From: Anaerolineales bacterium
Lineage (GTDB): Bacteria; Chloroflexota; Anaerolineae; Anaerolineales; UBA11579
Direction of reading: 5' to 3'
Assembly (NCBI GenBank): GCA_025808555.1
Contig: CP075526.1
Coordinates: forward strand, 1,528,712-1,592,711
Length of the DNA: 64,000 bases
The translations under genes and the position numbers were made by a program. Below, piece after piece: positions 7,836 through 19,341 of the stretch. How positions within the stretch are numbered: the stretch's first letter is position 1; each line of letters opens with the position of its first letter. The notes under the pieces were generated by a model, which had not been told where the DNA came from, made no database searches, and worked only from the letters and a program-made list of their open reading frames with translations.

Positions 7836-9719
7836 TCAGGGCAATGCAGTGAAGTCGGGCGGCGGCGCCTGGCCGACTTCGGAGCCGGGCAGCAGTTCGC
7901 CCAGCAGCTTGAGGATACCAGACCCGTCATTGGCTTCAGCCAGCACGATCAACTGGCGCAACGCGGCTTCCAGCTGCTGGCTGCCAGGCGCCTGTGGCTC
8001 CTGCACGCGGCGGATGTCTGGATGATTGGTGGGCGAATACTCCGCGCCAGCTTCCCACAACTGCTCGCTGAGCTTCTCGCCCGGGCGCAGGCCGCTGAAC
8101 TCGATCTGGATGTCCTCGCCCGGCGTCAAGCCGGAAAGGCGGATCAGGTCTTCGGCCAGGTCCACGATGCGCACGGGCTGGCCCATGTCCAGCATGTACA
8201 GCTCGCCCTGGCTTTCAAAGGCGGCGGCCTGCAGCACCAGGTGCACGGCCTCCGGGATGGTCATGAAATAGCGCTCAACTTCGGGATGGGTGATGGTGAG
8301 CGGGCCACCCTGGGCGATCTGATGCTTGAACAGCGGCACTACGCTGCCCCGGCTGCCTAGCACGTTGCCGAAGCGAACCACGGAGTAATTGCGGCCAAAG
8401 CGGCGGGCCGCATCCAGCACGGCCCATTCGGCGATGCGCTTGGTGGCGCCCATCACGCTGCTGGGGCGCACGGCCTTATCGGTGGAGATCATTACCAGGC
8501 GCTGCACCCCGGCTTCGCCGGCGGCTTGCACCACGTTGAGCGTGCCCTGCACGTTGTTGGCTACGGCTTCGGCTACATTGGCTTCCATGAGCGGCACATG
8601 CTTATGGGCCGCGGCGTGGAAGACGATGTCTGGCTTGTATTTTTCCAGCGCGGCCTGAATGCGCCCGGCATCACGTACATCGGCGATCACCGGCACGATC
8701 TCCAGCTGCGGGTATTCGTTGTGCAGCTCGAGCAGGATCTCAAAGATGCTGTTCTCGCCATGGCCAAGCAGCACCACCATCTTGGGTTCCCAGCGGGCGA
8801 TCTGACGACCCAGCTCGCTGGCGATCGAGCCGCCCGCGCCGGTGATGAGGATGCGTTTGCCGCGCAGGCTGTCGCCCACGCGGCTGCGGTCGATCTGGGC
8901 CGGCTGGCGACGCAGCAGGTCGGTAATGTCTACTTCGCGCAGGCGGCTCACGCTGACGCGGCCGCCAATAAGCTCGTACAGGCCCGGCATGGTGCGGTAG
9001 GGCAGGCCAGCTTGGCGGCTGAGCTCGGCGGCCTGGCGCAATACAGTGCCCGGCGCGCTGGGGATCGCCATGATGACTTCTTCGGCACGCAGGGCGGCCG
9101 CCTGGACGGCCAGATCCTTCAACGTGCCAACCACGGGGATGCCGTGCAGACGTTGGCCTTGCTTCTCCGGGTCGTCATCCAGAAAGGCCAGCGGGTTGAG
9201 GCCGAGCTGCTGGTTCTTCTGCAGCTCGCGCGCCACCAGGGCGCCGGCGTCGCCTGCGCCCAGAATGAGCGCCCGGCGCAGCTTGACGCCGCTGGCCTGC
9301 TCGATGACCTTGCGGTTCTCAGCCAGCAGGCGCAGGCCGAAGCGCAAGCCGCCCACCACGGCCAGCGAGAGCAGCCAATCGATCGCCACCAGCGAGCGGG
9401 CGAAGTTGGCGAAGGCGCCCAGCCAATCCAGTACGAAGATGATGGGCGTGACGATCAGCGAGGCGATGGTGACGGCCCGCACGATCAGTTTCATTTCGGC
9501 GATGGAGGCATAGGCCCACACCCGCTCGTACAAGCCACTGCGCTTGTAGACGATGGGTTTGACGAGCAATACCACCACCAGCATCCAGAAGAAGGTGGGC
9601 AAATAGTCCAGAATGAGTTGTTCGGGCGTGAGGCGCAGAATGAAGGCGCCCAACACGCTGGCGGCGGCCAGCACCATGTCTGCGAAGAGCAGGCGGTTGG
9701 TGCGCACCCAGGCTCTCAC
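7836..9719 (-). CDS. Membrane-anchored nucleotide-sugar 4,6-dehydratase (CapD/WbpM/PglF-like)
   Basis: 4 N-terminal TM segments, two Rossmann regions, ILITGAGGSIASEL. Confidence 0.85.
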   Translation of the reverse strand: MRAWVRTNRLLFADMVLAAASVLGAFILRLTPEQLILDYLPTFFWMLVVVLLVKPIVYKRSGLYERVWAYASIAEMKLIVRAVTIASLIVTPIIFVLDWLGAFANFARSLVAIDWLLSLAVVGGLRFGLRLLAENRKVIEQASGVKLRRALILGAGDAGALVARELQKNQQLGLNPLAFLDDDPEKQGQRLHGIPVVGTLKDLAVQAAALRAEEVIMAIPSAPGTVLRQAAELSRQAGLPYRTMPGLYELIGGRVSVSRLREVDITDLLRRQPAQIDRSRVGDSLRGKRILITGAGGSIASELGRQIARWEPKMVVLLGHGENSIFEILLELHNEYPQLEIVPVIADVRDAGRIQAALEKYKPDIVFHAAAHKHVPLMEANVAEAVANNVQGTLNVVQAAGEAGVQRLVMISTDKAVRPSSVMGATKRIAEWAVLDAARRFGRNYSVVRFGNVLGSRGSVVPLFKHQIAQGGPLTITHPEVERYFMTIPEAVHLVLQAAAFESQGELYMLDMGQPVRIVDLAEDLIRLSGLTPGEDIQIEFSGLRPGEKLSEQLWEAGAEYSPTNHPDIRRVQEPQAPGSQQLEAALRQLIVLAEANDGSGILKLLGELLPGSEVGQAPPPDFTALP

Positions 9720-10625
9720 TGCGCCTCCACAATCTGGCGCAACCCATCCGCCAGGCTGGTCTCGGCGCGGAAGCCGAGGGCGGCCTGCGCAGCGTGCGGG
9801 TCGCCCAGCGAGCGGGGTACATCGCCCAGGCGCGGGGCGGCGTGCACAGCCTGCGGCGCATCAGGAAACAGCGGATACAGCGCGGCCAACAGGTCAAGCA
9901 GGGTGGTCTCCTGCCCAGTGCAGATGTTAAACACGCCGCCGGTGTTGGCCTCGGCGGCCAGTAGGTTGGCGTGCACCACATCGCCCACGAACACAAAGTC
10001 GCGCCCTTGGTTGCCATCGCCGAATACGGTGGGCGCCTGCCCGGCGGCCAGCGCGGCGATGAACTTGGGGATGGCCGCCGCATAAGCCGAATTGGGCGAT
10101 TGGCTGGGGCCGTAGACGTTGAAATAGCGCAGCGCGGTAACGGGCAAGCCGTAGGTCAGGGTATAGAGCTGGGCCAGTGTCTCGTTGAAGTATTTGGATG
10201 CGGCGTAGGGGGAGAGACACTTGGCCGGCGCGTGCTCGGCCAGGGGTAGATCCTGGCTGTCGCCGTACACGGCGGCGCTGGAGGCCAGCACCACACCGCG
10301 GCAACCCGCCCGCTGGGCGGCTGCCAGCAGCGTGAGCGTGCCGTCTACATTGCTGGCCCAGCACGCAGCCGGGTTCTCGATGGACTCAGGCACGGAGATG
10401 AAGGCAGCCTGGTGAAAGATGGTCTCGACGCCAGCCACAGCCTTTTCTACCGCGGCCGGGTCTTGTACATCGCCTTCGATAACTTCTACGCCAGCGGGCA
10501 GGTGGCTGCGCGAGCTGCTGGAGAAATTATCCAGCACGCGCACCTTGTCGCCGCGCTGCTGCAGGGCGGCAACCAGGTGCGAACCGATGAAACCGGCGCC
10601 GCCAGTGACCAGAACGGAGGCCACG

Positions 10626-10645
<20 letters not shown>
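9716..10645 (-). CDS. NAD-dependent nucleotide-sugar epimerase/reductase (extended SDR)
   Basis: VLVTGGAGFIGSHLV, SPYAASK (YxxxK); 4-nt overlap with downstream gene. Confidence 0.8.
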
Positions 10646-12036
<1,391 letters not shown>

Positions 12037-12056
<20 letters not shown>

Positions 12057-13068
12057 TTGCGTGTGCGCCAGGTGTGCTGGTGAGCGAACTGATCAGGCTC
12101 CACAGGAAGGCGCCACCCCAGCTGAGGTGCATGATCATCATGGCTAAGGGCATTCCCAGAAGCAGAGAAGGCTGCTGTAGTTGAATTGCCTTTTGCACAG
12201 CAGCCGCTAGCAAGAGCAGTGTGTATGATACCACCACGGCCCCCAGCGGCCACGTCGCCGGCGCCCACAGCAGGCTCAGGCCGCTCAGGCCGAGCAGGGC
12301 CAGCACAAACAGGGGTGGAATCGCCTGGCGGGGGCGCAGCGTGTCTGGGTAGCGGCGCAGCATGCGCCATTTCCAGTAGCCATAGCGCCAGTACTGGCGC
12401 GCTAATGCACCCAGGGTAGGGCGAGCATAGTAGGCTGAGCGGATGGCCGGGTCGAGCCAAACCGTGCCACCTGTCAGGCGGATACGGGCGTTGAATTCGT
12501 AGTCTTCGTTGGTTTGCAGGGTCTCGTCAAAGGCGCCGATGCGCTCGATGAGGTTGCGGCGGAAGGCGCCAAACGGCACCGTATCCACCGCGCCGGCCTG
12601 GGTGGTGTAGCGGTAGCGGGCGTCGCCCACGCCGAAGGGGTGGGCGGCGGCGGCAGCGATGGCGCGTGCCAACCAGGTGTCCTGGCCGGGGCGTATTTCC
12701 CATACTCCACCCACATTCCAGCCCTTGTCCTCGTCGAGCGCTTGCAGGCTGCGGGCTACGTATTCAGAGTGCGGGCTGGAGTGGGCATCCAGGCGCAGCA
12801 GGGTGCTGCCCTGGGCGGCGGCGATGGCCAGGTTGAGCCCCCTGGGGATGCTGCGGGCCGGGTTGTCAATCACGCGGACGGCCAGCTCTGGGTGCTGCTG
12901 GCTGAAGGCGGCGATGCGCTCACGCGTGGTATCGGTGGAGAGGCCATCGGCGATAATCACTTCCATTCTTTCTACGGGATAGGTCTGTGCCAGGATGGCT
13001 TCAAGCAGGCCGCCGATGGTGGCCTGCTCATTGAAACACGGCACGATGATGCTGACGCTGGGGGGCAT
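12037..13068 (-). CDS. Family 2 glycosyltransferase with C-terminal TM segments
   Basis: VSIIVPCFNE, IADGLSTD; start moved to MPPSVSIIV. Confidence 0.8.
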
Positions 13069-13081
13069 GCAAGAAGCCGCG

Positions 13082-13462
13082 CTAGATGCTGGCGATCGCC
13101 TCGATCTCAACCAGAGCGCCGCCCGGCAAGGCGACCACCTGGATGGTGGAGCGGGCTGGCGGCTCGCTGGCGAAGTATTGGGCGTAGACCTCGTTGACCT
13201 TGGCGAAATCAGCCATGTTGGTGAGGAACATGGTGGTCTTGAGCACCTTGTCCATCGAGCTGCCGCCAGTTTCCACCAGGCCCTTCAGGTTCTCGAGCAC
13301 TTGCCTGGCCTGCTCGGCCACGCCGCCTTCAACGAACTGGCCGGTCTCAGGGTCAATGCCCACCTGGCCGGAGATGAAGAGCAGATCTCCCATGCGGATG
13401 GCGGGCGTGTAAGGGCCCATGGGCTTGATTCCTTTGGGGGCAAAGACAGTTTGCTTGGACAT
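13082..13462 (-). CDS. ridA: RidA/YjgF family reactive-intermediate deaminase
   Basis: 126 aa, GPYTPAI..GDLLFISGQ...RSTIQV..LP pattern. Confidence 0.85.
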   Translation of the reverse strand: MSKQTVFAPKGIKPMGPYTPAIRMGDLLFISGQVGIDPETGQFVEGGVAEQARQVLENLKGLVETGGSSMDKVLKTTMFLTNMADFAKVNEVYAQYFASEPPARSTIQVVALPGGALVEIEAIASI

Positions 13463-13496
13463 GGCACCTCGCGTAGTTGAAGTACCTTGATTTTAC

Positions 13497-15020
13497 CTAA
13501 GCCGTGAGCCGCGCCCGGTACTGTAGCGCCTCAGCCAAGTGCTGAGGTGCTACGTTTTGCACGCGAGCCAAGTCAGCGATGGTGCGGGCCAGCTTGAGCA
13601 CGCGGTGATAGGCGCGGGCGGTGAGTTGCATCTGCGCCATGGCCGCTTTTATCAGCGCACGGCCCTCAGCGTCTAGCTCGCAGAAGCGGCGCACCTCGGC
13701 CACGCCCATATCGGCGTTGCTGTGAACCGGCAGGCCAGCGAAACGCTGGCGCTGCAGCTCGCGGGCGGCTTGCACGCGGGCGCGTACCGCGGCGGAGGGT
13801 TCGCCCAGGCGGTCGTCACTCAATTTTTCGTAGTCTACGCGCGGCACTTCCACATGGATGTCAATGCGGTCCAGCAGCGGGCCGGAAAGCCGCTTTTGAT
13901 AGCGCGTAACCGTGCCGGGTGAGCAAGTACAGGCGCGCAATGGATCGCCGTAGTAGCCACAGGGGCATGGGTTCATGGCGCCGATCAATTGAAAGTTGGC
14001 CGGGAAGGTGAGGGCGCCCTGAGCGCGGCTGATGGTGACCACTTTGTCTTCGATGGGCTGGCGCAGCACTTCCAGCACCCGCGGCGCAAACTCGACCAAC
14101 TCATCGAGGAACAACACGCCGCGGTGCGCCAGCGAGATCTCGCCGGGCTGCGGCCAGGTGCCGCCGCCCACCAGGCCAGCGTGCGAGATGGTGTGGTGCG
14201 GGGCGCGGAAGGGGCGCGTGCGGATCAGCGGATGGCTTTCACTCAGCTTGTCTGAGACTGAATAGATGCGAGTGACGTCCAGCGCCTCGTCTACACTAAG
14301 TTCGGGCAGGATGCCTGGCAAGGCCCGCGCCATTAGCGTCTTGCCTGCGCCAGGCGCCCCAGTCATCAAAATATTGTGGCCGCCGGCAGCGGCCACCTCG
14401 AGGGCGCGCTTGACTTGCTCCTGGCCCTTGACCTCGCGCAGGTCGGTGTATGAAGCCGGGGCGGCTAGCTCATCCACGGGAGCCGTGCGCTGGAACGGGG
14501 CAAGGTTGTGCTGGTTGGTGATGTGGTCGGCCAGATCGCGCAGCGAACGGATGGGATAGATGTCGACATCGGGTACCAGGGCAGCCTCAGCTGCATCCAC
14601 GGCTGGCACGTACAGGGTGCGGATGCCCTGCTGGCGCGCCAGAGCGGCCATGGGCAGCACGCCGCGCACATGGCGCACGGCCCCATCCAGCGAGAGCTCG
14701 CCCAGGGTCAGCGAGCCTTCCAGCCTGGCAGCCGGGATCTGGCCACTGGCGGCCAGGATGCCGAGCGCGATGGGCAGGTCGTAGACCGGCCCGGCCTTGC
14801 GCACACTGGCTGGCGCCAGGTTGACGGTGATGTGTTTGCGAGGGAACTCGAAGCCGGAATTCTTGATGGCAGAGGCGACGCGCTCGCGGCTTTCCTGCAC
14901 AGCCGCGTCAGGCAAGCCCACCACGACCACTTTGGGGAGCCCAGGATGTGTATCCACCTCTACTTCCACTACTACGCCGTCCAAACCCACCACAGCGCAG
15001 GAGTAGACCCTGGCTAGCAT
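13497..15020 (-). CDS. YifB/ComM family Mg-chelatase-like AAA+ ATPase
   Basis: Lon-like N domain, GAPGAGKTLMARAL, CPCGYYG zinc motif; start moved to MLARVYS. Confidence 0.85.
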   Translation of the reverse strand: MLARVYSCAVVGLDGVVVEVEVDTHPGLPKVVVVGLPDAAVQESRERVASAIKNSGFEFPRKHITVNLAPASVRKAGPVYDLPIALGILAASGQIPAARLEGSLTLGELSLDGAVRHVRGVLPMAALARQQGIRTLYVPAVDAAEAALVPDVDIYPIRSLRDLADHITNQHNLAPFQRTAPVDELAAPASYTDLREVKGQEQVKRALEVAAAGGHNILMTGAPGAGKTLMARALPGILPELSVDEALDVTRIYSVSDKLSESHPLIRTRPFRAPHHTISHAGLVGGGTWPQPGEISLAHRGVLFLDELVEFAPRVLEVLRQPIEDKVVTISRAQGALTFPANFQLIGAMNPCPCGYYGDPLRACTCSPGTVTRYQKRLSGPLLDRIDIHVEVPRVDYEKLSDDRLGEPSAAVRARVQAARELQRQRFAGLPVHSNADMGVAEVRRFCELDAEGRALIKAAMAQMQLTARAYHRVLKLARTIADLARVQNVAPQHLAEALQYRARLTA

Positions 15021-15123
15021 GGGCGCAAGTGTACTATTAGTCCACAGAGGAACACAGATAATTGACTGTTGATGAACATCTGATAAATCCGTCATCTATT
15101 TGGCATCCGTGTTTATCTGTGGA

Positions 15124-15129
15124 TAGAAT
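15124..15129 (+). promoter_or_regulatory. -10 box TAGAAT, 6 nt before ATG 15136 (leaderless-type)
   Basis: Hexamer-N6-ATG. Confidence 0.45.
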
Positions 15130-15135
15130 CTCTGA

Positions 15136-16170
15136 ATGTCGAATCTCACGCGACGCGACTTCCTGAAACTCAGCGGGCTGTCGCTGGCGGCTTTGGCCGC
15201 CGGGCGGCTGCCCGCAGGTTTGCCTGCCGCGCAAGACGCCGGGCTGCTGGGCCGCGTCACATACGACTCGAGCGTGTTCCGCCAGCCGCGCATCAATCTG
15301 AGTCCTATCCGCACCCTGTTCCGCGATGAGCTGGTGCAGCTGGAGTATGCGTTGCAGCCGCTCACCGGCCCGGCGTATAACCCCAACTGGTTCAAGGTCG
15401 CAGACGGCTATGTGCACAGCAGCTTTGTACAGGTAGTCGAAGAGATCAACAACACGCCAGTGGAGAGCGTGCCGGCTGACGGCATGCTGTGCCGCATCAG
15501 CGTGCCCATCAGTCAGCCGTACATATATTCGCGGCAGCGTGGCTGGCAAGAGCAATCACAGTTCCTGCTCTATTTTGACAGCATGCACTGGGTGACCGCC
15601 AAGGTGGACGGACCGGACGGTTCGCCGTGGTACCAGATCACCGAGTCGTGGACGAACGTGCAGTACTACGCCAAAGCCGAGGATCTGCAGCCCATCCCGG
15701 CCGCAGACCTGGCCCCCATCAGCCCGGATGTGCCCGCGGCTCAGAAACGGGTCGAGATCTCGCTGCTGGCCCAGCAGCTTACCGCCTATGAGAATGGCGC
15801 GGTGGTGCTGCGCGTGCCGATCTCTTCGGGCGTGCGCAATACCAGCACCAGCGGGCTACCAACGCAAACGCCCACTGGTAACTTCAATTTATATGCCAAG
15901 ATGCCCAGCCAGTACATGGGTGATAACCGCCTGACGGACACGCTGGGCGATCGCTACCTGCCGGGTGTGCCGTGGGCGCTGTTCTTTGCCGAGGGCGGCT
16001 ATGCCATCCATGGAGCTTATTGGCACAACAACTTTGGTGCACCCATGAGCAAGGGCTGCATCAACATGCGGCCGGAACATGCCGCCTGGCTATATCGCTG
16101 GGTCACGCCGGTCAGTCAGCCTGAGCAGCGCCAGGCCAATGGCCACGGCACGCAAGTCGTGATCAGTTAG
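15136..16170 (+). CDS. L,D-transpeptidase (YkuD domain) with Tat signal
   Basis: TRRDFLK twin-arginine signal; HGAYWHNNFG..SKGCINM catalytic motif. Confidence 0.8.
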   Translation: MSNLTRRDFLKLSGLSLAALAAGRLPAGLPAAQDAGLLGRVTYDSSVFRQPRINLSPIRTLFRDELVQLEYALQPLTGPAYNPNWFKVADGYVHSSFVQVVEEINNTPVESVPADGMLCRISVPISQPYIYSRQRGWQEQSQFLLYFDSMHWVTAKVDGPDGSPWYQITESWTNVQYYAKAEDLQPIPAADLAPISPDVPAAQKRVEISLLAQQLTAYENGAVVLRVPISSGVRNTSTSGLPTQTPTGNFNLYAKMPSQYMGDNRLTDTLGDRYLPGVPWALFFAEGGYAIHGAYWHNNFGAPMSKGCINMRPEHAAWLYRWVTPVSQPEQRQANGHGTQVVIS

Positions 16171-16217
16171 CGAAACGAACGCCAAGCTGGGGGTTAATAT
16201 GCTTGGTATCTATACAC

Positions 16218-17447
16218 ATGCTAAAACCTGCTCCACTCCCTGCTCCGGAAGCCAAGACGGGTTATGCCCGTCTTTCGCTTAGCTATTTCTTTACATTCGC
16301 CGCATGGGCGTGCATTACGCCCTTTTTTGTGCTGTATCTGCAATCGCTGGGTTTTAGCGGCGCGCAGATCGGCGTGTTGACGGGTGTTGGCCCGTTGATC
16401 GGCCTGGCGGCCAAGCCCTTCTGGGCCGGCTATGCCGATGCCACCAATCGCCACCGGTTTGTGCTGTACCTCTCGGTGGTTGCGGCGATCCTGCTCAACG
16501 TCATCTTCCCGTTCCTGCGTTCTTTCTCGCTCATTCTTGGCGTACAGATCCTGATGGCGATCATCAGCTCGCACACTTTGCCGCTGCTGGACAGCGCCAC
16601 CATCCACATGATGGGCAGCAACCGCGACCGCTATGGCAGCGTGCGTTTGTGGGGCACGGTTGCGTGGGGAATTGTGAGCGCGCTGGCTGGCTTTGTGCTT
16701 GACCGGCTGGGCCTGGTCTCCATGTTCTGGATATTTTGTGTGCTGATGAGTGTCAATCTTTTTCTGCTTAGTTCGCTGCAGTTTGAAGAGAACCCGGACC
16801 GAGACGCTTACTTCACAAAGGTGGGGCGCCTGCTGCGTCAGCCGCAGTGGCTGCTCTTCCTGGGCACAGTCCTGGTGGCCGGCATCGGCTCCACCGCGCA
16901 TGACTATATGCCCCTGCTTATCCAGGAGCTGCCGGGCGTAAGCCGCTGGCTGCCGTTTGCGGTTTCCGGGGTGGCGCTGGTAGGGATCGCTATCACCATT
17001 TCCACAATTTCTGAGACGCCCATCATGGCCGCCTCTCACTGGTTCTTGCGCAATTTGGGTAGCCGCGGCGCGCTGTACCTTTCCATGCTGGCGATGGCTT
17101 TGCGCTGCTTCATCTACGCCAACACGGCTACGCCGGACCAGGCGTTGCTCATCCAGTTGATGCACGGCCTGACCTACCCGCTGATGTGGGTGGCCGGCAT
17201 CAAGTTTGTGGCCGAGATGGCGCCGCGCGGCCTGAGCTCCACTGCGCAGGGTTTGTTCTCCGCCATGTTCATGGGCATCGGCACTGCGCTGGGCTATTAC
17301 TTGTGCGGCCTGCTGATCGATAAGGTGGGCGTGTTCTCCATGTACACGATCATTGGCTGGCTGGTGCTGGCTTGCCTGCTGGTTTCCGTTCTGCTGTCGC
17401 TGCTGTTCTCTGGTCGCAAACCGCGCCCGGCCAGCGCGGCAGCGTAG
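16218..17447 (+). CDS. MFS transporter (12 TM)
   Basis: Hydrophobic 12-helix pattern; start uncertain (16203-16218). Confidence 0.7.
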   Translation: MLKPAPLPAPEAKTGYARLSLSYFFTFAAWACITPFFVLYLQSLGFSGAQIGVLTGVGPLIGLAAKPFWAGYADATNRHRFVLYLSVVAAILLNVIFPFLRSFSLILGVQILMAIISSHTLPLLDSATIHMMGSNRDRYGSVRLWGTVAWGIVSALAGFVLDRLGLVSMFWIFCVLMSVNLFLLSSLQFEENPDRDAYFTKVGRLLRQPQWLLFLGTVLVAGIGSTAHDYMPLLIQELPGVSRWLPFAVSGVALVGIAITISTISETPIMAASHWFLRNLGSRGALYLSMLAMALRCFIYANTATPDQALLIQLMHGLTYPLMWVAGIKFVAEMAPRGLSSTAQGLFSAMFMGIGTALGYYLCGLLIDKVGVFSMYTIIGWLVLACLLVSVLLSLLFSGRKPRPASAAA

Positions 17448-17464
17448 CAACGCAGTCCGTAGAC

Positions 17465-17493
17465 TTTACAAACCTTAAGCGCGCAGGTACAAT
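17465..17493 (+). promoter_or_regulatory. Sigma-70-type promoter TTTACA-N17-TACAAT for the S1-domain gene
   Basis: Exact 17-nt spacer; ~40-nt structured leader and GGAG SD follow. Confidence 0.55.
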
Positions 17494-17535
17494 GTGGGCT
17501 TGTTGTGAAATCGGTAACAAGCCCGGAGTTGTGAA

Positions 17536-18249
17536 ATGTCGGAAGCACATATGGAAGAGGCCGCCCCACAAGAGTCTGGCCTCAAAAAGAAAGACCTCAT
17601 TAAAGGCAAAGTGATTAAAGCTACGCTGGCTGGCGCCGTGGTCGATATTGGCCAGGACAAGCCGGCGGTCATCCCCATTTCGCAGCTTCGCAAAGAGCCC
17701 GTTCGCAAAGTGGAAGAAGTTCTCAAAGAGGGCGAAGAGGTGGAAGCCTGGGTTCGCCGCATTGGCAGCGACGGGCATATTGAACTGACCCTCATCAAAC
17801 CTTTGCTCCTTGAATGGCGCGAGATCAAGAAAGAAAGCGTGCTCAAAGGCAAGGTAACCAAGCTGGAGAAGTTTGGCGCGTTCGTAGAAGTAGGCGCTGA
17901 GCGCCCCGGCCTGGTGCACATCAGCGAAATGTCGCACGACTATGTCCGCTCGGCTGAAGAAGCCGTCAAAGTAGGCGATGAAATCGACGTCAAAGTGCTG
18001 GAGGTTGACCGCCGCAAGAAGCAGATCAAGCTGAGCATCAAAGCTCTGCTGGCCAGCCCGGAACCTGAAGTCGAAGAAGTGGAAGAGGAAGTGGACAACA
18101 CGCCCGCTCCCACTGCCATGGAAATGGCCTGGCGCAAGGCGCAAGAAACCCAGTCTCGCCAAGACCAGGGCAAGGCCCGCAAACCCAAGGCTAGCTCCGA
18201 TGAAATGGACGATCTGCTGGAGCGCACGCTCGGCAGCCGCAGCGCCTAA
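17536..18249 (+). CDS. Tandem S1 RNA-binding domain protein with acidic/basic tail
   Basis: Two S1 repeats (GKVIKATLAGAVVDIG; GKVTKLEKFGAFVEVG..GLVHISE). Confidence 0.75.
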   Translation: MSEAHMEEAAPQESGLKKKDLIKGKVIKATLAGAVVDIGQDKPAVIPISQLRKEPVRKVEEVLKEGEEVEAWVRRIGSDGHIELTLIKPLLLEWREIKKESVLKGKVTKLEKFGAFVEVGAERPGLVHISEMSHDYVRSAEEAVKVGDEIDVKVLEVDRRKKQIKLSIKALLASPEPEVEEVEEEVDNTPAPTAMEMAWRKAQETQSRQDQGKARKPKASSDEMDDLLERTLGSRSA

Positions 18250-18264
18250 AGAATGCTAAGAAAC

Positions 18265-18295
18265 TAAAAAACCCCGCCGTTAGGCGGGGTTTTTG
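18265..18295. terminator. Bidirectional rho-independent terminator
   Basis: ACCCCGCC/GGCGGGGT stem flanked by an A run and a T run; overlaps the last codons of the minus-strand TPR gene. Confidence 0.8.
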
Positions 18296-19341
18296 GTTTC
18301 CAGTTCCTGCAGGGCGGCGAAAATATCCGCCGCTAGGTGCGGTTCATTGGTATCGGCTGAAAGCTCCAGCGCGCTAGTGAGGTAGCGGATGCCCTGCGCC
18401 ACCTCGCCGCGGCGGGTGTAGGCGCGCCCCAGCAGGCTCTCCAGCTGGGCACGGCTGCGGGCATCCGTCTCGCCCTGGTTCAGCAACTCGGCGGCGCGCT
18501 GCAGGGCGGCCACTGCGGGCTGCAGGCGCACATGCTGACCGCGGGTGCTCTTGTGATAGTGGGCGGTGGCGCGCAGCAATTCCACGCGGGCCAGTTGGGC
18601 CGGGCTGGCACCGCGCTGCTGCAGGCGGTGTGCGGCCGCGTTGTAGTGTTCTAGGGCTGCATCGGTTTGGCCCAAGGCGTGGGCGCAAAGCCCAGCCAGG
18701 ATATGCAGTTGGCCCTGCGCCAGGCTGGGCGGGGCAGCCTGCAGCGCGGCGGCAATGTGCTGGCTGGCCTGCAGATGCTGCCCGGCAAAGTAGGCTGCGG
18801 TGCCCAAGGCTGAATACCCTTGGGCGCGCAGAGTAGGGGTGCGCGTGCGGCTAAGTGCGGCTTGTAGGCGCTTTGCGGCGCGCTCGGCTTTGGCAGGCTG
18901 CTGGCTGTACGCCAGACACAGCCCGATCAGACTGCGGATGTGTACGCTGGACAGGCGATGGTGTTGAGCGTATTGCTGGCTGCGCTCAAAGGCGCGGGCA
19001 GCGTCTTTTATAAGGCCGTGCTGCCACAGCAGCACGGCTTGCTGGTAGAGCAGGCCAGCCTGCAGGCTACTGGGCAGCGGTTTAGTCCGCAGCGCTGCGG
19101 CATACAGCGGAAGCCAGGCGGTGGGCTGTGTGAGCCCTATGCCAAAACTCTGGCTAAGCAAACGGGCTGCCTGCTGACGAGTTGGGAACAGATAGAAGCC
19201 GTAGCGAATGGCATTGTGCAGGTTACTGCCCTCGCCGCGCAGTTTTGCCGCAGGCTGGGCGGCCCAGTACTCCAGGTTGCTGCGCACCGCGGCCAACAGG
19301 CTGGCTTGCACCCATTGGTTGCTGGCTTTTTCAGCTCTCAT
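18280..19341 (-). CDS. TPR-like repeat protein (sensor half of split STAND protein?)
   Basis: Ala/Leu/Gln-rich helical repeats; ATG overlaps the upstream NTPase gene by 11 nt. Confidence 0.6.
   Translation of the reverse strand: MRAEKASNQWVQASLLAAVRSNLEYWAAQPAAKLRGEGSNLHNAIRYGFYLFPTRQQAARLLSQSFGIGLTQPTAWLPLYAAALRTKPLPSSLQAGLLYQQAVLLWQHGLIKDAARAFERSQQYAQHHRLSSVHIRSLIGLCLAYSQQPAKAERAAKRLQAALSRTRTPTLRAQGYSALGTAAYFAGQHLQASQHIAAALQAAPPSLAQGQLHILAGLCAHALGQTDAALEHYNAAAHRLQQRGASPAQLARVELLRATAHYHKSTRGQHVRLQPAVAALQRAAELLNQGETDARSRAQLESLLGRAYTRRGEVAQGIRYLTSALELSADTNEPHLAADIFAALQELETKNPA

Noticed and set aside
15050-15121. 9-nt inverted repeat CACAGATAA / TTATCTGTG in the comM-like / L,D-transpeptidase divergent region
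   Set aside because: It is short, AT-rich and about 50 nt apart, which is within chance expectation for a promoter region.
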